A stretch of DNA of 63,682 nucleotides, filler included, from Octopus bimaculoides (GCF_001194135.2; 6 parts of 6 records of this genome joined end to end with filler, not necessarily neighbours in it), one strand, 5' to 3'; shown: positions 47,930 to 59,589, counted from the whole stretch's first letter. Made by a program: numbers and translations. Notes: generated from the letters alone by a model not told the origin.

Positions 47930-48157
47930 TGTGCATGTCTTTGTGTCTGTGTTTGCACCCCACCCCCATGGCTTGACAACTGATATTGATATGTATATGG
48001 ATCCGTAACTTAGTAGTTCGGCAAAAGACACCGGTAGACTAAGTACCAGTTTTTAAAAGAAATAAATACTGAAGTCGATTCGTTTGACTATAATTCTTCA
48101 AGGCAGTGCCCCAGCATGGCCGCTGTCTAATGACTGAAACAAATAAAAGATAAAAGA
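47111..48157 (+). mobile_element. SINE family A (5'-truncated) with internal microsatellite and gap
   Basis: gagtggagttggtagacggaaactgaaagaagcc ... gap ... cccagcatggccgctgtctaatgactgaaacaaataaaag. Confidence 0.75.
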
Positions 48158-48289
48158 CATATGGATATGTGTATATATGTGCATATATGCATATACACGT
48201 ATGTGCAGGTAATATATACCTAGATATCAAAATATGTGTCTATGTATATAATTATACATCACTCAGGCATCAGTATGTAGACCGGTGTT

Positions 48290-49053
48290 GTCCAGTGGGG
48301 TCATACTGCCACATGGTGCGTCTTTGTTTAACAGTTCTTCTGTTTGTTGATTTTTGTGATGGCTGAAACGAAAGAGCATCATGCTTCTGGGAAATTCTGT
48401 TTTCTGCTGGAGAAAATGGCAGCCGAAACAGTTGTCATACTTCAAACAGCTTACAAGAATGCTTCCAATATGCAAAACACAAGTTTACAAGTGGTTTCCA
48501 TGCTTTAGGAATGGTCATTTGTCGCTTGAAGACCAACCTCATTCAGAGCAACCATCAACCTCCTGAACAAATGAAAACATCACAAAAATTCATGAACTGA
48601 TCTTGAAGGACTGTCTTTGAGCGATTAACGATCTTGTTAATATAACTAATGTCGCCCTAGAGCTCCTGCCAATGAATTTTGAGTGAAGGTTTGCGAATGA
48701 AAAGAGTTGCATCAAAATTTGTGCCTCGTTTGCTCATGGAAGGTCAAAAGCAGTCACGATTGAAAGCGTGCCGTGAACTGAAAGAACAGCTGGAAGTGGA
48801 TCCGGACCATTTTTCAAAGGTCATCACTGGTGACAAAAGCTGATGTGGAAGAGGTGAAGAAAAAAACGAGGGAGGCGTTAAAAGGCATCATTTCGCAAGA
48901 GTTGCAGGACTGCTTCGAACTGTGGAAAACGTTTGGACCGATACATTGCTTCAAATGGAGAATAATTTGAAGGTGAAAAAAGTGTGAACATGTAAAACTG
49001 AGTGAATAAAATAATACTGCAAAATTCCGGTTTCTTTTGGGTACCCTCTCGTA
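48290..49053 (+). mobile_element. Mariner deletion derivative lacking the catalytic core
   Basis: ATG at 48359, VYKWF..FRNG, FVPRLL, VITGDKS joined directly to DVEEVKKKTREALKGI; 3' TIR ttccggtttcttttgggtaccctctcg|TA. Confidence 0.85.
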
Positions 49054-50559
49054 CTTATTTCGATACCCCTCTATACACATCCATTTGGGTATATACTCGT
49101 ATACAGCTACATATGTAAATATATGTGTGTATGTGTGCACGCGGGTGTGTGTGTGTATTCATTTATGTGTATGTATATTTTTCGGCCATTTAACGACACA
49201 CGTGCTTACCTCCGGACTATATGCTCCTTCCTGCTTTTCCTCTTCTGTGGACTTTTTCCTCTTTCCGACAAAGAGTCATGCTCGAAATGTCATTTCTACT
49301 CCTATTTATTTATCTAAAACTTTCACTGGACGTCATACTAAAATATCCACTGTGTACGGTCTAATTGACTTTTGTTACTCTGTATTTTTTTTTTACATTT
49401 CTGATTGCATAAAAATGTATGTGTGTCTGTGTGTATCTTTTTCTTTTTTATTATTTACTTGTTTCAGTCATTAGACTGCGACCATGCTGGGGCATCTGTG
49501 TGCATACTCCTGCGTTTGAGCATGTATACCTTTGTATCTCCATATATGCAACATGTTCTCGGGAATTTTGAGGTACTTAAATATTAACGTAGACTTCTGT
49601 AGCAATTTGTAATGACGTAAGTTCGTCTATGCGTTACACACACACACATATATAACACTGCAAGATTCGCAGTAGGTGGTATCGTTAAAGTATTATATAT
49701 GATGCCACATACATAAAAATACATATTTATAGTTTAAATGGAATAAAGACACTCTGCAACATTTCGACTCATATGATACACTTATGCCTTAAACTCACTC
49801 TTACCAACCGACGTACTTAAGCAGAGCTAATGACGATCAGAGAGCTAGTATGTATATTCTAATAAGCGGTCATCACAATCCTTTTAGCATAATGTATTTA
49901 TATATGCATATGCACAATTACGTATATATATNNNNNNNNNNNNNNNNNNNNNNNNNNNNNNNNNNNNNNNNNNNNNNNNNNNNNNNNNNNNNNNNNNNNN
50001 NNNNNNNNNNNNNNNNNNNNNNNNNNNNNNNNNNNNNNNNNNNNNNNNNNNNNNNNNNNNNNNNNNNNNNNNNNNNNNNNNNNNNNNNNNNNNNNNNNNN
50101 NNNNNNNNNNNNNNNNNNNNNNNNNNNNNNNNNNNNNNNNNNNNNNNNNNNNNNNNNNNNNNNNNNNNNNNNNNNNNNNNNNNNNNNNNNNNNNNNNNNN
50201 NNNNNNNNNNNNNNNNNNNNNNNNNNNNNNNNNNNNNNNNNNNNNNNNNNNNNNNNNNNNNNNNNNNNNNNNNNNNNNNNNNNNNNNNNNNNNNNNNNNN
50301 NNNNNNNNNNNNNNNNNNNNNNNNNNNNNNNNNNNNNNNNNNNNNNNNNNNNNNNNNNNNNNNNNNNNNNNNNNNNNNNNNNNNNNNNNNNNNNNNNNNN
50401 NNNNNNNNNNNNNNNNNNNNNNNNNNNNNNNNNNNNNNNNNNNNNNNNNNNNNNNNNNNNNNNNNNNNNNNNNNNNNNNNNNNNNNNNNNNNNNNNNNNN
50501 NNNNNNNNNNNNNNNNNNNNNNNNNNNNNNNNNNNNNNNNNNNNNNNNNNNNNNNNNNN

Positions 50560-50638
<79 letters not shown>

Positions 50639-50824
50639 GGGACGTATTTCAACACCCCCACCCACCCAATTCATATGTTAAGATCTATTAAGGAAAATAA
50701 AGCATTTTTTGAAATAGCCACTGAAGGATAACTAACGACTGCATAAACCTAGAAGGATATATAATATTAATTAAGTGGGGGTATGGGGGTAGTGCGCCTG
50801 AGTATATATGAATATATATAATGA

Positions 50825-51025
50825 TTTCAAATTTTGACACAAGAAAGCAAGTTCGGAGAAGGAGATAAGTGGATTACATCGATCCCAGTGCCCAGTAGTA
50901 CTTACCTTATCGATCCCGAAAAGATGAATAGCAAAATCGACCTTTGTAGAATTTGAACTGAGACCGAGACAAAATGTTGCTACGTATTTTGCCTGGCATG
51001 CTAATAATGATTATGGCTGCAATCT
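50825..51025 (-). mobile_element. SINE family B, degenerate
   Basis: gattacatcgatcccagtg...caaaatcgacc...gaatttgaactga. Confidence 0.7.
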
Positions 51026-51049
51026 GGCGGAATATATATATATACATAC

Positions 51050-51081
<32 letters not shown>

Positions 51082-51085
51082 ATTT

Positions 51086-51131
<46 letters not shown>

Positions 51132-51148
51132 ATGTTTGTGTGTATGTA

Positions 51149-51213
<65 letters not shown>

Positions 51214-51638
51214 CAGGCACGTGCTGTGCTGTCAGTAATTACTGAGGGTAGGTAGTTGCTGAGTTGAAGGTAGATTTAGTTCTGCCTTTCTAGAACGTAC
51301 AGAAAACGGCGTTGCAGGACTGTAAGCAGCACGTGTATTACAGCAGTATCATGCGTAGTTCTAAGACTGAGATTGAAAACCAGGGGCCAATTATACCTGC
51401 CTAATCTACAAAAGAAAAATAAGATATTTTGCATTTTATGCATAATTATCAGAGTAAATTTCATAATTTAATTGATTTAGGTGCATATTTTGCCATGAAA
51501 GGAAAAGGTTGCTACCGAACAAGATACTTCGGTAGCAGCGTCCTTGAAATACATACATACATACATATATATATACATATATATACATATATACATACAT
51601 ACATACATACATGCATGCATACATACATACTTACATAC

Positions 51639-51671
<33 letters not shown>

Positions 51672-52889
51672 ATAATAATATTATTAGGGACAAAATCCAA
51701 AATTACAGGTAAAAAACTCAATTAAAATCAATTTATAAAAAATTAAAATTAAATTGAGCCTTATAGATAAAGTATATATAAAATATATATAGTTTTAGGG
51801 ANNNNNNNNNNNNNNNNNNNNNNNNNNNNNNNNNNNNNNNNNNNNNNNNNNNNNNNNNNNNNNNNNNNNNNNNNNNNNNNNNNNNNNNNNNNNNNNNNNN
51901 NNNNNNNNNNNNNNNNNNNNNNNNNNNNNNNNNNNNNNNNNNNNNNNNNNNNNNNNNNNNNNNNNNNNNNNNNNNNNNNNNNNNNNNNNNNNNNNNNNNN
52001 NNNNNNNNNNNNNNNNNNNNNNNNNNNNNNNNNNNNNNNNNNNNNNNNNNNNNNNNNNNNNNNNNNNNNNNNNNNNNNNNNNNNNNNNNNNNNNNNNNNN
52101 NNNNNNNNNNNNNNNTATATATATATGCAGCGGTAGCTAGGTAGTTGAAGGATTTCCTTTGCAAGAAAGATCATCGGGTAACCTCCCTTTTCTAAGTTTC
52201 TCGAATGTATCAATGTCATGAGACGTGATTCTCAATTGTTCAAGAAGCTAGGCGTTTCTCTTGGAAGTTTCTAGAATGTCTAGCGTTCCATCAATAAAAA
52301 CAGCTTGCTAACTCAGTTTTCCGCTTCTTAGTCAATTAGACTTAGAGGCATTCACGTCTTTGCTATGTCCGTCTTTTTCTCTACGTTCCATCACTGAAAG
52401 CCACCACTTCGCTGTTGTTCTACACTTCCTATCTCTGAACTTTCTTGCATAGATTACTTCATTCAACTAGCTTCTACAATTTGATTCCATGTATTATCAT
52501 CGATAAATGATTTAAATATATTTTTATGCAGTAAATGTTTAGATCCTGTATTTATTCATTCATCTCTGTATGAACTCTTGCAATAACATACATGCAGCCA
52601 CTTCAGCACCTTGTACTGTCCATATATTTCGCTACATTAATTGGTGACCAACCGACGTGCACTCCGTGTGTGTAGTGAAATTTATAGACAGTATAAGGTA
52701 TTGATGTGACTGCGCGTATGTTATTACCCCTCCCCTGATATTGCTGGCCCTGTGCCAAAATTTGAAAGCAATATTGCTTAAAGTTTTCTGGCGGTAATTA
52801 AAAAGCATTTCCAATTAATCTATAAGATATCTTAAATTCTTTAATTCCCATAACGTCAACGTTATGCTTCTAATTCTAACATTTCATGC

Positions 52890-53500
52890 CACAAAACATG
52901 CAACCACATACCTACGTCTATGCTCCCACCTATAACTACCGAAATCCTACCAACTGCTCTTTTCGAGGATCCTGCCTCTTAAAGGTTGTGGTCTATAGAT
53001 TCACTCTAAGACAGTCCGATGATATTAGAAGACACTATACAGGCATCAAAGCCAATTACTTCAAGTTACGATACACCCAATATGCCCTCCTTCAACTGCA
53101 GGATTAGTGAAAACTTCTCCCTCCGCCTCTGCATTCAACATTTTTTGATAGGGCCCTTTCTTTTTCCTCCGATTCTCGTAAATGCTAATTCCGCCTTTGT
53201 GAGAAACTTCACTTATTGATCCGCAGTTTCCATAAAAAATTTGAATGAGAAATTCAAGGGTATGAGAATTTTCGGAGTGATTCCGCAAGATTTCACAAGT
53301 TTTTAATATGCGCCCCACCTGTGACACGGTACACGTCAAGTCGGTAGCTCAGCTCCTGCGAAACAAGCTGAAGCATGTCATAGGAAGAATTTGTCATAAG
53401 AGAATTTGTCAACGGAGGAACCTCATGCATTTAGTCAATCCTAGACTGAGTCACACACTAAAGCAGAGAAAAAATTCCTGCGGTCCGTAACGACAACACT
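52890..53500 (+). mobile_element. Penelope-like element GIY-YIG endonuclease remnant
   Basis: YNYRNPTNCSFRGSCLLKVVVY...RHYTGIKANYFKLRY corresponds to the CNCR..CPL.G.CL...VVY...YIG....FK.RY signature of PLE endonucleases; frameshifted afterwards. Confidence 0.7.
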
Positions 53501-53769
53501 TTGCTTATGTCAGCTATGCTAAACTTATTTGTAACCCTTCACCACCCAATCTATTACCCCTCACGTGATAAATGTTGTAGGTAGACAACAGTTTACCACA
53601 ACCTAGAGGAAGAGGATTAATTAAATGATTGATGCAAATACCCCGTGTACCCTACCAAGTGAGGTACCCGCTGTAATGACCTGCTGCTACTGAATATATA
53701 TCATTCTGCTATAATGACATCAATATTTTGTGGGCAACTAATGATACAAAAAATAACCGCGTAATCTGA

Positions 53770-53840
53770 ATTAACCAATAGAAGCCTACATATATAGAAG
53801 CTATATAAGTCTTTCTCCAAACAGTTACATCAAGGTGAGT
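53770..53840 (+). promoter_or_regulatory. Possible PLE pseudo-LTR Pol II promoter with downstream splice donor
   Basis: CCAAT (~53775), TATATA boxes (53791, 53802), Inr-like cagtt (~53822), AAG|GTGAGT at 53835. Confidence 0.3.
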
Positions 53841-53967
53841 CAACCATCCTAAATACATGTAACTCTAGTGAAGCACGCTGAGTGTTACTTTCGGTTACTC
53901 ATTCAATCGCGTGTATGTATACACGCACACAAACACATACGCACATTATATATATATATATATATAT

Positions 53968-54067
53968 NNNNNNNNNNNNNNNNNNNNNNNNNNNNNNNNN
54001 NNNNNNNNNNNTTAATTAATTAANNNNNNNNNNNNNNNNNNNNNNNNNNNNNNNNNNNNNNNNNNNN
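53968..54067. other. Artificial assembly spacer 44N-TTAATTAATTAA-44N
   Basis: Exactly 100 bp. Confidence 0.95.
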
Positions 54068-54654
54068 TATATATACGTATATATGTTTGTGTGTGTGTGG
54101 TTGTGTATATGGATGGATTTATATATATATATATATACACATATGTATGTATGTACGCTCACAGACACGCACATCCATCCATCCATCCATTCATCCATCC
54201 ATCCATCCATCCATCCATCCATCCATCCATCCATCCATCCATGTATACACATGAGCACAAACATTGACAAACACATAAGTATTGCTCTCAAACCATTAAA
54301 TGACTTCACGTAAATATATACGATTTAAAAATTTTTATTTCCATGTTATTCATCAAATAATTTCGGCATGAAAATATAAAGAATTATATGTGTAAAGAAT
54401 ATTTTGTTACTTTGCTTAATTAGAAATTTATTTGTTTGGAAGTCGTTTTAGTATTCTTCGTACACAATTAAAAATGAATTGAACAAAAATAGCCATTGCA
54501 TTTATGACTTTTGTTGTTGCTTTTCTCTCAACTGAAGTTCGCTATCGAAGTAGAATCGTATTTTATTTTATTTCGCAAGGACTTTCGACTCTCGTTATTT
54601 ATCATGATTAAATGGCTTACAACTCTGAAATGATAAGAACAAACAACTAAAGAG

Positions 54655-54682
54655 AATAATAATAATAATAATAATAATAAAA

Positions 54683-54756
<74 letters not shown>

Positions 54757-54785
54757 AATAATAGTAGTAGTAGTAGTAATAATAA
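54655..54785. repeat. Compound (AAT)n(ATG)n(AGT)n microsatellite
   Basis: Directly visible. Confidence 0.95.
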
Positions 54786-55404
54786 TGATATGTTTATATA
54801 AATAAATCATTGTTATGTTTATTAGTTTTCGGACGAACACTAAGTACAGTTGATATCGAATTCTAAGCGAATTAAATTTAGATTTATTTTCAATTCAAAA
54901 CACTTGCCGTTACATAAGCAACGGTCTACCCGAAATAGATGCTGGTTAAAGATAAACTTGTAATAATCTAACAACAAACAATAATACAAAATGGTTTTAA
55001 GATACATTTGAGGCTATAGAAAGGAATTATACTTGATTTTAGTAGGCAAATAAATTTTATATTCTAAGAACTAATAACAACAAGATTAGACAAGACGAAA
55101 TGATGGTACATAAACAAGAATATTCCGATAGAAGGAAACTGAGAAAGGTGATTAAAATATACGTTTGATATACACAACAAAAATAACCCCGTCCGTCTAC
55201 CTAGCAAAAGACCGAAAGTATATAATGAAATAAATTATACAAATATACGCCAACACCACAATAGTTTAAGGACGACGCCATAATGGTTTAACAATAATAT
55301 TTTAAAAGCGGAGACCTCAGAAGAAAATACATTTATACAAACTAACATTTTGTGAAATTTATATAACGACAAAGAAGTGAAGAAACCTCTCTGTGATCAC
55401 TTGA

Positions 55405-55565
55405 TATACTAGAAATAGCAACGAAATCTCTCTGCTATCACATGCTGATTAATGTAGTCCTGGATGCACTATGCATGATAAAAAGAAGGAATAGTGTCAC
55501 AGATGGTATGCCTTTGGTCATTGGTTTACATGGACAGAAATGACCTGGGAGTTAAAGAACAACTT
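55405..55565 (+). repeat. Dispersed repeat family D
   Basis: ctagaaatagcaacgaaatctc...atgtagtcctggatgcactatgc...tgcctttggtcat...gacctgggagttaaagaacaac. Confidence 0.6.
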
Positions 55566-55626
55566 GTGCTACCGTATGCAACTTGAGGTCAAATGGGTCC
55601 GACCTTCATGCTATTTCCGAGCTTAC

Positions 55627-55708
55627 TAAGAACACCTTGTGAACTGGATTTCACAGATGATTGTTTTCTGTTATGTAGTGCAAGGAAGGGGCTATGCTCA
55701 CAGTCTTT
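55627..55708 (-). CDS. Putative coding exon (KDCEHSPFLALHNRKQSSVKSSSQGVL)
   Basis: ttaatctcactgtctag acceptor, GTAAGC donor, single open frame (phase 0 to 1). Confidence 0.4.
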
Positions 55709-56189
55709 CTAGACAGTGAGATTAACGTTTATCTTTCAAATTCTATACGTATTCGACCAACTACAAAGCTTCGTAAGGTTGCAGCTTAATTCTCATTTCT
55801 TCAGTATTAAGCTGGAAGACAAACACCTACTTCAAAAAGAATACCAGCTGTTGGTTTCTTAATGATAGCTAATGTATATAATGTAATGAGCCAAAGCGCA
55901 CATAAACTCTCCCACTGCACGTTTCCTTTCAATTTTTAAGCAATTTGAGTTTCAGAATTGCGTGGAGTTTCTTTTCTTGACAAAACTTATAATTAGCACT
56001 AATAATTTTCCCTAGTGTTCCAAATGAATTATAATCGATTAAAATTTTTTAGTGTATTGATCACTACTTCACGCATGTCAACTGACACTTAAATAGATAT
56101 TTCTTAATGCAGAAGTTATCACTGGGCAATTTTCGTCTGCAGTTCTCCAGCCTAATAAACTAACCAATAAATGAACTTCATACATGGTT

Positions 56190-56352
56190 GTTGGAAATAA
56201 CAGTCAAATTATCTAAAAGTACACCATACTACTTTAAAAAGGAAGGACAAATTGGATGATGTCATAGATACACAAAAAGACGTGTTGGTCACAACTGGAA
56301 CGGCTTTGATTATAAATGTCCTCAATGAGGATAAACCCAGAACTAGACAACG
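56190..56352 (+). repeat. Dispersed repeat family D
   Basis: ggaaataacagtcaaatt...aaaaaggaaggacaaattggatgatgtc...ggtcacaactggaacggctttgat. Confidence 0.55.
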
Positions 56353-56366
56353 ACAGTAACGCTTGG

Positions 56367-56527
56367 ACGTAGGTGTGGCTGTATATGGTTAAGAAGTTTA
56401 TTTCACAAATATGTGATTACGGGTTCGATTCCACTGCATCGTACTTTGGACAAGGGTCTCCTACCATAGTCCCCAGGTCGACCCAAAGCCGCGTAAGTGA
56501 AGTATGGTTGAGAGAAACTGTATGGAA
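56367..56527 (+). mobile_element. SINE family A, 5' half
   Basis: gtaggtgtggctgtatatggttaagaag head, gggttcgattcc B-box. Confidence 0.7.
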
Positions 56528-56741
56528 TTAGGTTAGAGGGATTGATCCTGTTTTTTGTTAACTTAATAAGCCATCTGCTTTGGCATAATTATCTAACCCT
56601 TCCTTGGGTATCTTTAGCGGAGTCCCTGCAGCAAACATTTAGGTCAGGTCTCCAGTCAAAGGATAAATTCCTCTCTTCATTCAACCAGTTTCAGAGAATG
56701 TGAAAAGAGATCATGGACGCTTTCCTTCTTTGTCTTTCCAG

Positions 56742-56845
56742 AGCCTCTGAAACTTGCTGGAAGGAGGGAGAGAAGAAAGGCACCCAAGGTGCCACCAGGT
56801 GGTGAACTTAAACTGGGCGATGAATTAAGCCTGCCGCCCATATAG
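56742..56845 (+). CDS. Putative terminal coding exon (PLKLAGRRERRKAPKVPPGGELKLGDELSLPPI*)
   Basis: Strong acceptor ctttccttctttgtctttccag; phase-1 frame open to TAG 56843-56845; AATAAA about 40 nt downstream. Confidence 0.45.
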
Positions 56846-57861
56846 GTCAGTGCAGGATTTGAGCTCGCATCACAAACAGTCAAAATAAATACTGGAAGCA
56901 TTTCCATCCGAGTTCATCGGTATAGATTGGTACTTTATTTATAGATCCCCGAAGGATTTTAAAAAAATGTTGACATTGGAATGATTCGAACTCAGGACGC
57001 AAGGAATTGAAAGAAATACATTCTAACGTCTCTCCTTATTCACTGTCTCATCTGATTGAGTCATTAAAAAGACGTAGAATTTATTTATCCTGCAGAGATG
57101 CGCTACGTTAAAGGGTGAAACAGAATCCAATTTTTTTTTTCATCAGACAATTGTCTGATGACGTATTCATTCGCTCCTTTCAGTTCTATTTTCCTGAATA
57201 ATGTTTCAAAAGAATAAATGAATAAGCGAATAGTCACAAAATTTATTGAAATAACTGGTTGCTGTAGTAATGACCAGTTTGTATCTATAATGATGTCTTG
57301 CAGTCAAGGTTAACTTTAAAATGTTCAATGTAACCTTTACTGTAGTTTAAATTATGACGCAATAGGATTTATCGATTTATTAGATTGAAATAAAAATTAT
57401 AATAATTGAGTAATTAAATAGATTTTTGTTTTTCCTATCATCATAACTTAAAAGACTTTTTTAAACTAAGGAAATGTCGCAAGCCTTCTACGTATTTTAT
57501 TTTTATTTTTCTTCTACATCACTCATATATGGATTTTGTCTTTGTAGCAACTAAGCTACACTATGTCTGCTGCGTCTGTTTCCACAAATGATAAATTTTC
57601 GATAGTGAAAAGAAATTAATATTATGTTCATGATGACCATTGTCTAGTAGTCAGAATTGTGTAAATGTAACAGTTTATCAGTTGAAATTCTTCAAATGTT
57701 CAAAATGTATAGTTTTTATATTATTCTTTTATTTTATTTTTTTTCGCAATGCAGCTTCATGGTACAGACTTGGTAAATCTGACTGAATATATTAAAATAT
57801 GGATGCTATATGAATATAAAATGCCGTGATCTTAAAAGAAATACAAATACGTACAAATATA

Positions 57862-59149
57862 TCGAGCCATCCCATAAATAATGCGGTTTTTATGCTACTT
57901 TTATTTTTCAAAATTAAGATAAACAAAATTCTTTATTAATCTAAAATATATTCTCATTCATTTTCTACAATGCTCTTCCATCTATCTGGTAGACTTGCAA
58001 GGCTCCTCTTCCAAAATTTACGTGTCCGTGACGAAAAATACTCCTCCAGTACTGTTCTGACTTCGTTTACAGAATTCATATTTTTTCCGTCCAAATGACT
58101 TTGAAGACTGAAGAATAAATGATAATCAGATGGGGCAATGTCCAGCGAATATGGTGGGTGGGGCATCATTTCCCATTCAAACTGCTCCAGGCTTTGGGAT
58201 ATCATCCTCCCTGTATATGGCCGAACATTATCCTGATGGTAGAACACTTTTCGTCTTGCAATCAAAGATGTTCAGTTTTCTTCTAACGCCGACTTAAGTA
58301 GCTCAAGCTGCTCCTAATAGATCTCTTTTGTTATCATTTGGCTTGTGTTTAAAAGTTCAAAGTGAACTAAACCTTTCATATCCTACCAAACAGGTAACAA
58401 CACCTTATGTGGGTGAAGACTTTCTTTAACCTGAGGTACCGCTGTTTCACTTTTCTCTACCACCTGTCTTCGCGCTTGACATTTTTATAGAGGACCCATT
58501 TCTCGTCACCAGTCACTATTCGATCCAAACAAAGGTTCATTTGTACGACGTGACAGCAAAGAAGAGCACACATTCACTCTCTGTGCGCGATTAGACTCGA
58601 AAAGTTTATGAAGAACCCATTGACCCAATTTGCAGACTTTTCCAATAGCACGCAGATGTGATGAATGGTTGAATAACCAAATCCATGCTTCTGTGCTAGT
58701 TCCTCAACAGTTACAATGGGATATTGTTCCATCAGAGTCTGCAGGACGTCCTCGCCGAGTTCTACAGATCTTCCTGAACGAGGCTCGACCTCTAGGCTTT
58801 AGTTTCCGGCTCGGAATTTCTGGAACCACCGTTGATACTGGCTTACGCTTATTGTCCGATCTCCATATACTGCATTAATATTCCTCGTACTTTCCGTTGT
58901 GTTGTTGCGTTTATTGAATTAATAAAGCAAAATATGCTGAATATGCTCCTTTGCTACTTGCATTATAGCTTTGAAAAAATAACTGTTAAAATCGAACTGC
59001 ACTCTTCAAGACTTACACTAAGAATAAGGCCAAAGTTAAAATTACCACCTGTTTTTATAGAAAGTTGAGGTAAGTAGTTTATCCCGTCTCCCTCCGACTT
59101 TTAGTTCATGCAATTGAAAAAAGACTGCATTATTTATGAGATGATCCAA
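57862..59149 (-). mobile_element. Full-length (1288 bp) decayed mariner
   Basis: TA-flanked 29-bp TIRs (22/29 identical); ATG at 58963; VTRNGSS/VTGDEKW remnant, FYHQDNVRP, HPPYSLDIAPSDYHLF (D,D34D type); stops and frameshifts. Confidence 0.95.
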
Positions 59150-59191
59150 TAGTATTGTTCTCGAAAATTCAAATATACACGTATATAATCG

Positions 59192-59514
59192 TTTATCTTT
59201 TACTTATTTCAGCCATTTGACTGCGGCCATGCTGGAGCATCGCCTTGAAGAGTTTTTACTCGAATGAATCGACCACGGTACTTATTTTTGTTTTAAGCCT
59301 GATACTTATTTTATCGTGTCTGTTGCCGAACCGCTAAGTTACGGGGACGTAAACACACCAACACCGGTTGTCAAGCAGTAGTGGGACACACACACACATA
59401 CGACGGGCTTCTTTCAGTTTCTTTCAGTCTGCACTAGGTACCACGAAGTTGGTCTGAACCCGGAACCATGTGGTTGGGAAGCAAACTTCCTACCACTCAG
59501 CCACGCCTGCGCCT
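59192..59514 (-). mobile_element. SINE family A, internally deleted
   Basis: Tail ttacttatttcagccatttgactgcggccatgctggagc; head ccactcagccacgcctgcgcct. Confidence 0.85.
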
Positions 59515-59589
59515 ATAGATACTTTGTAACACAGCCAAATATTTATGAATGTCTATAATTGTTCACAGAAGGAAAATTCTTTCTAATCT

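Noticed and set aside
51510-51537. 10-bp GC-rich hairpin
   Set aside because: No Helitron-type CTAG end or other context.
52130-52440. LTR-like composition with AATAAA
   Set aside because: No matching TG..CA/TSD pair found.
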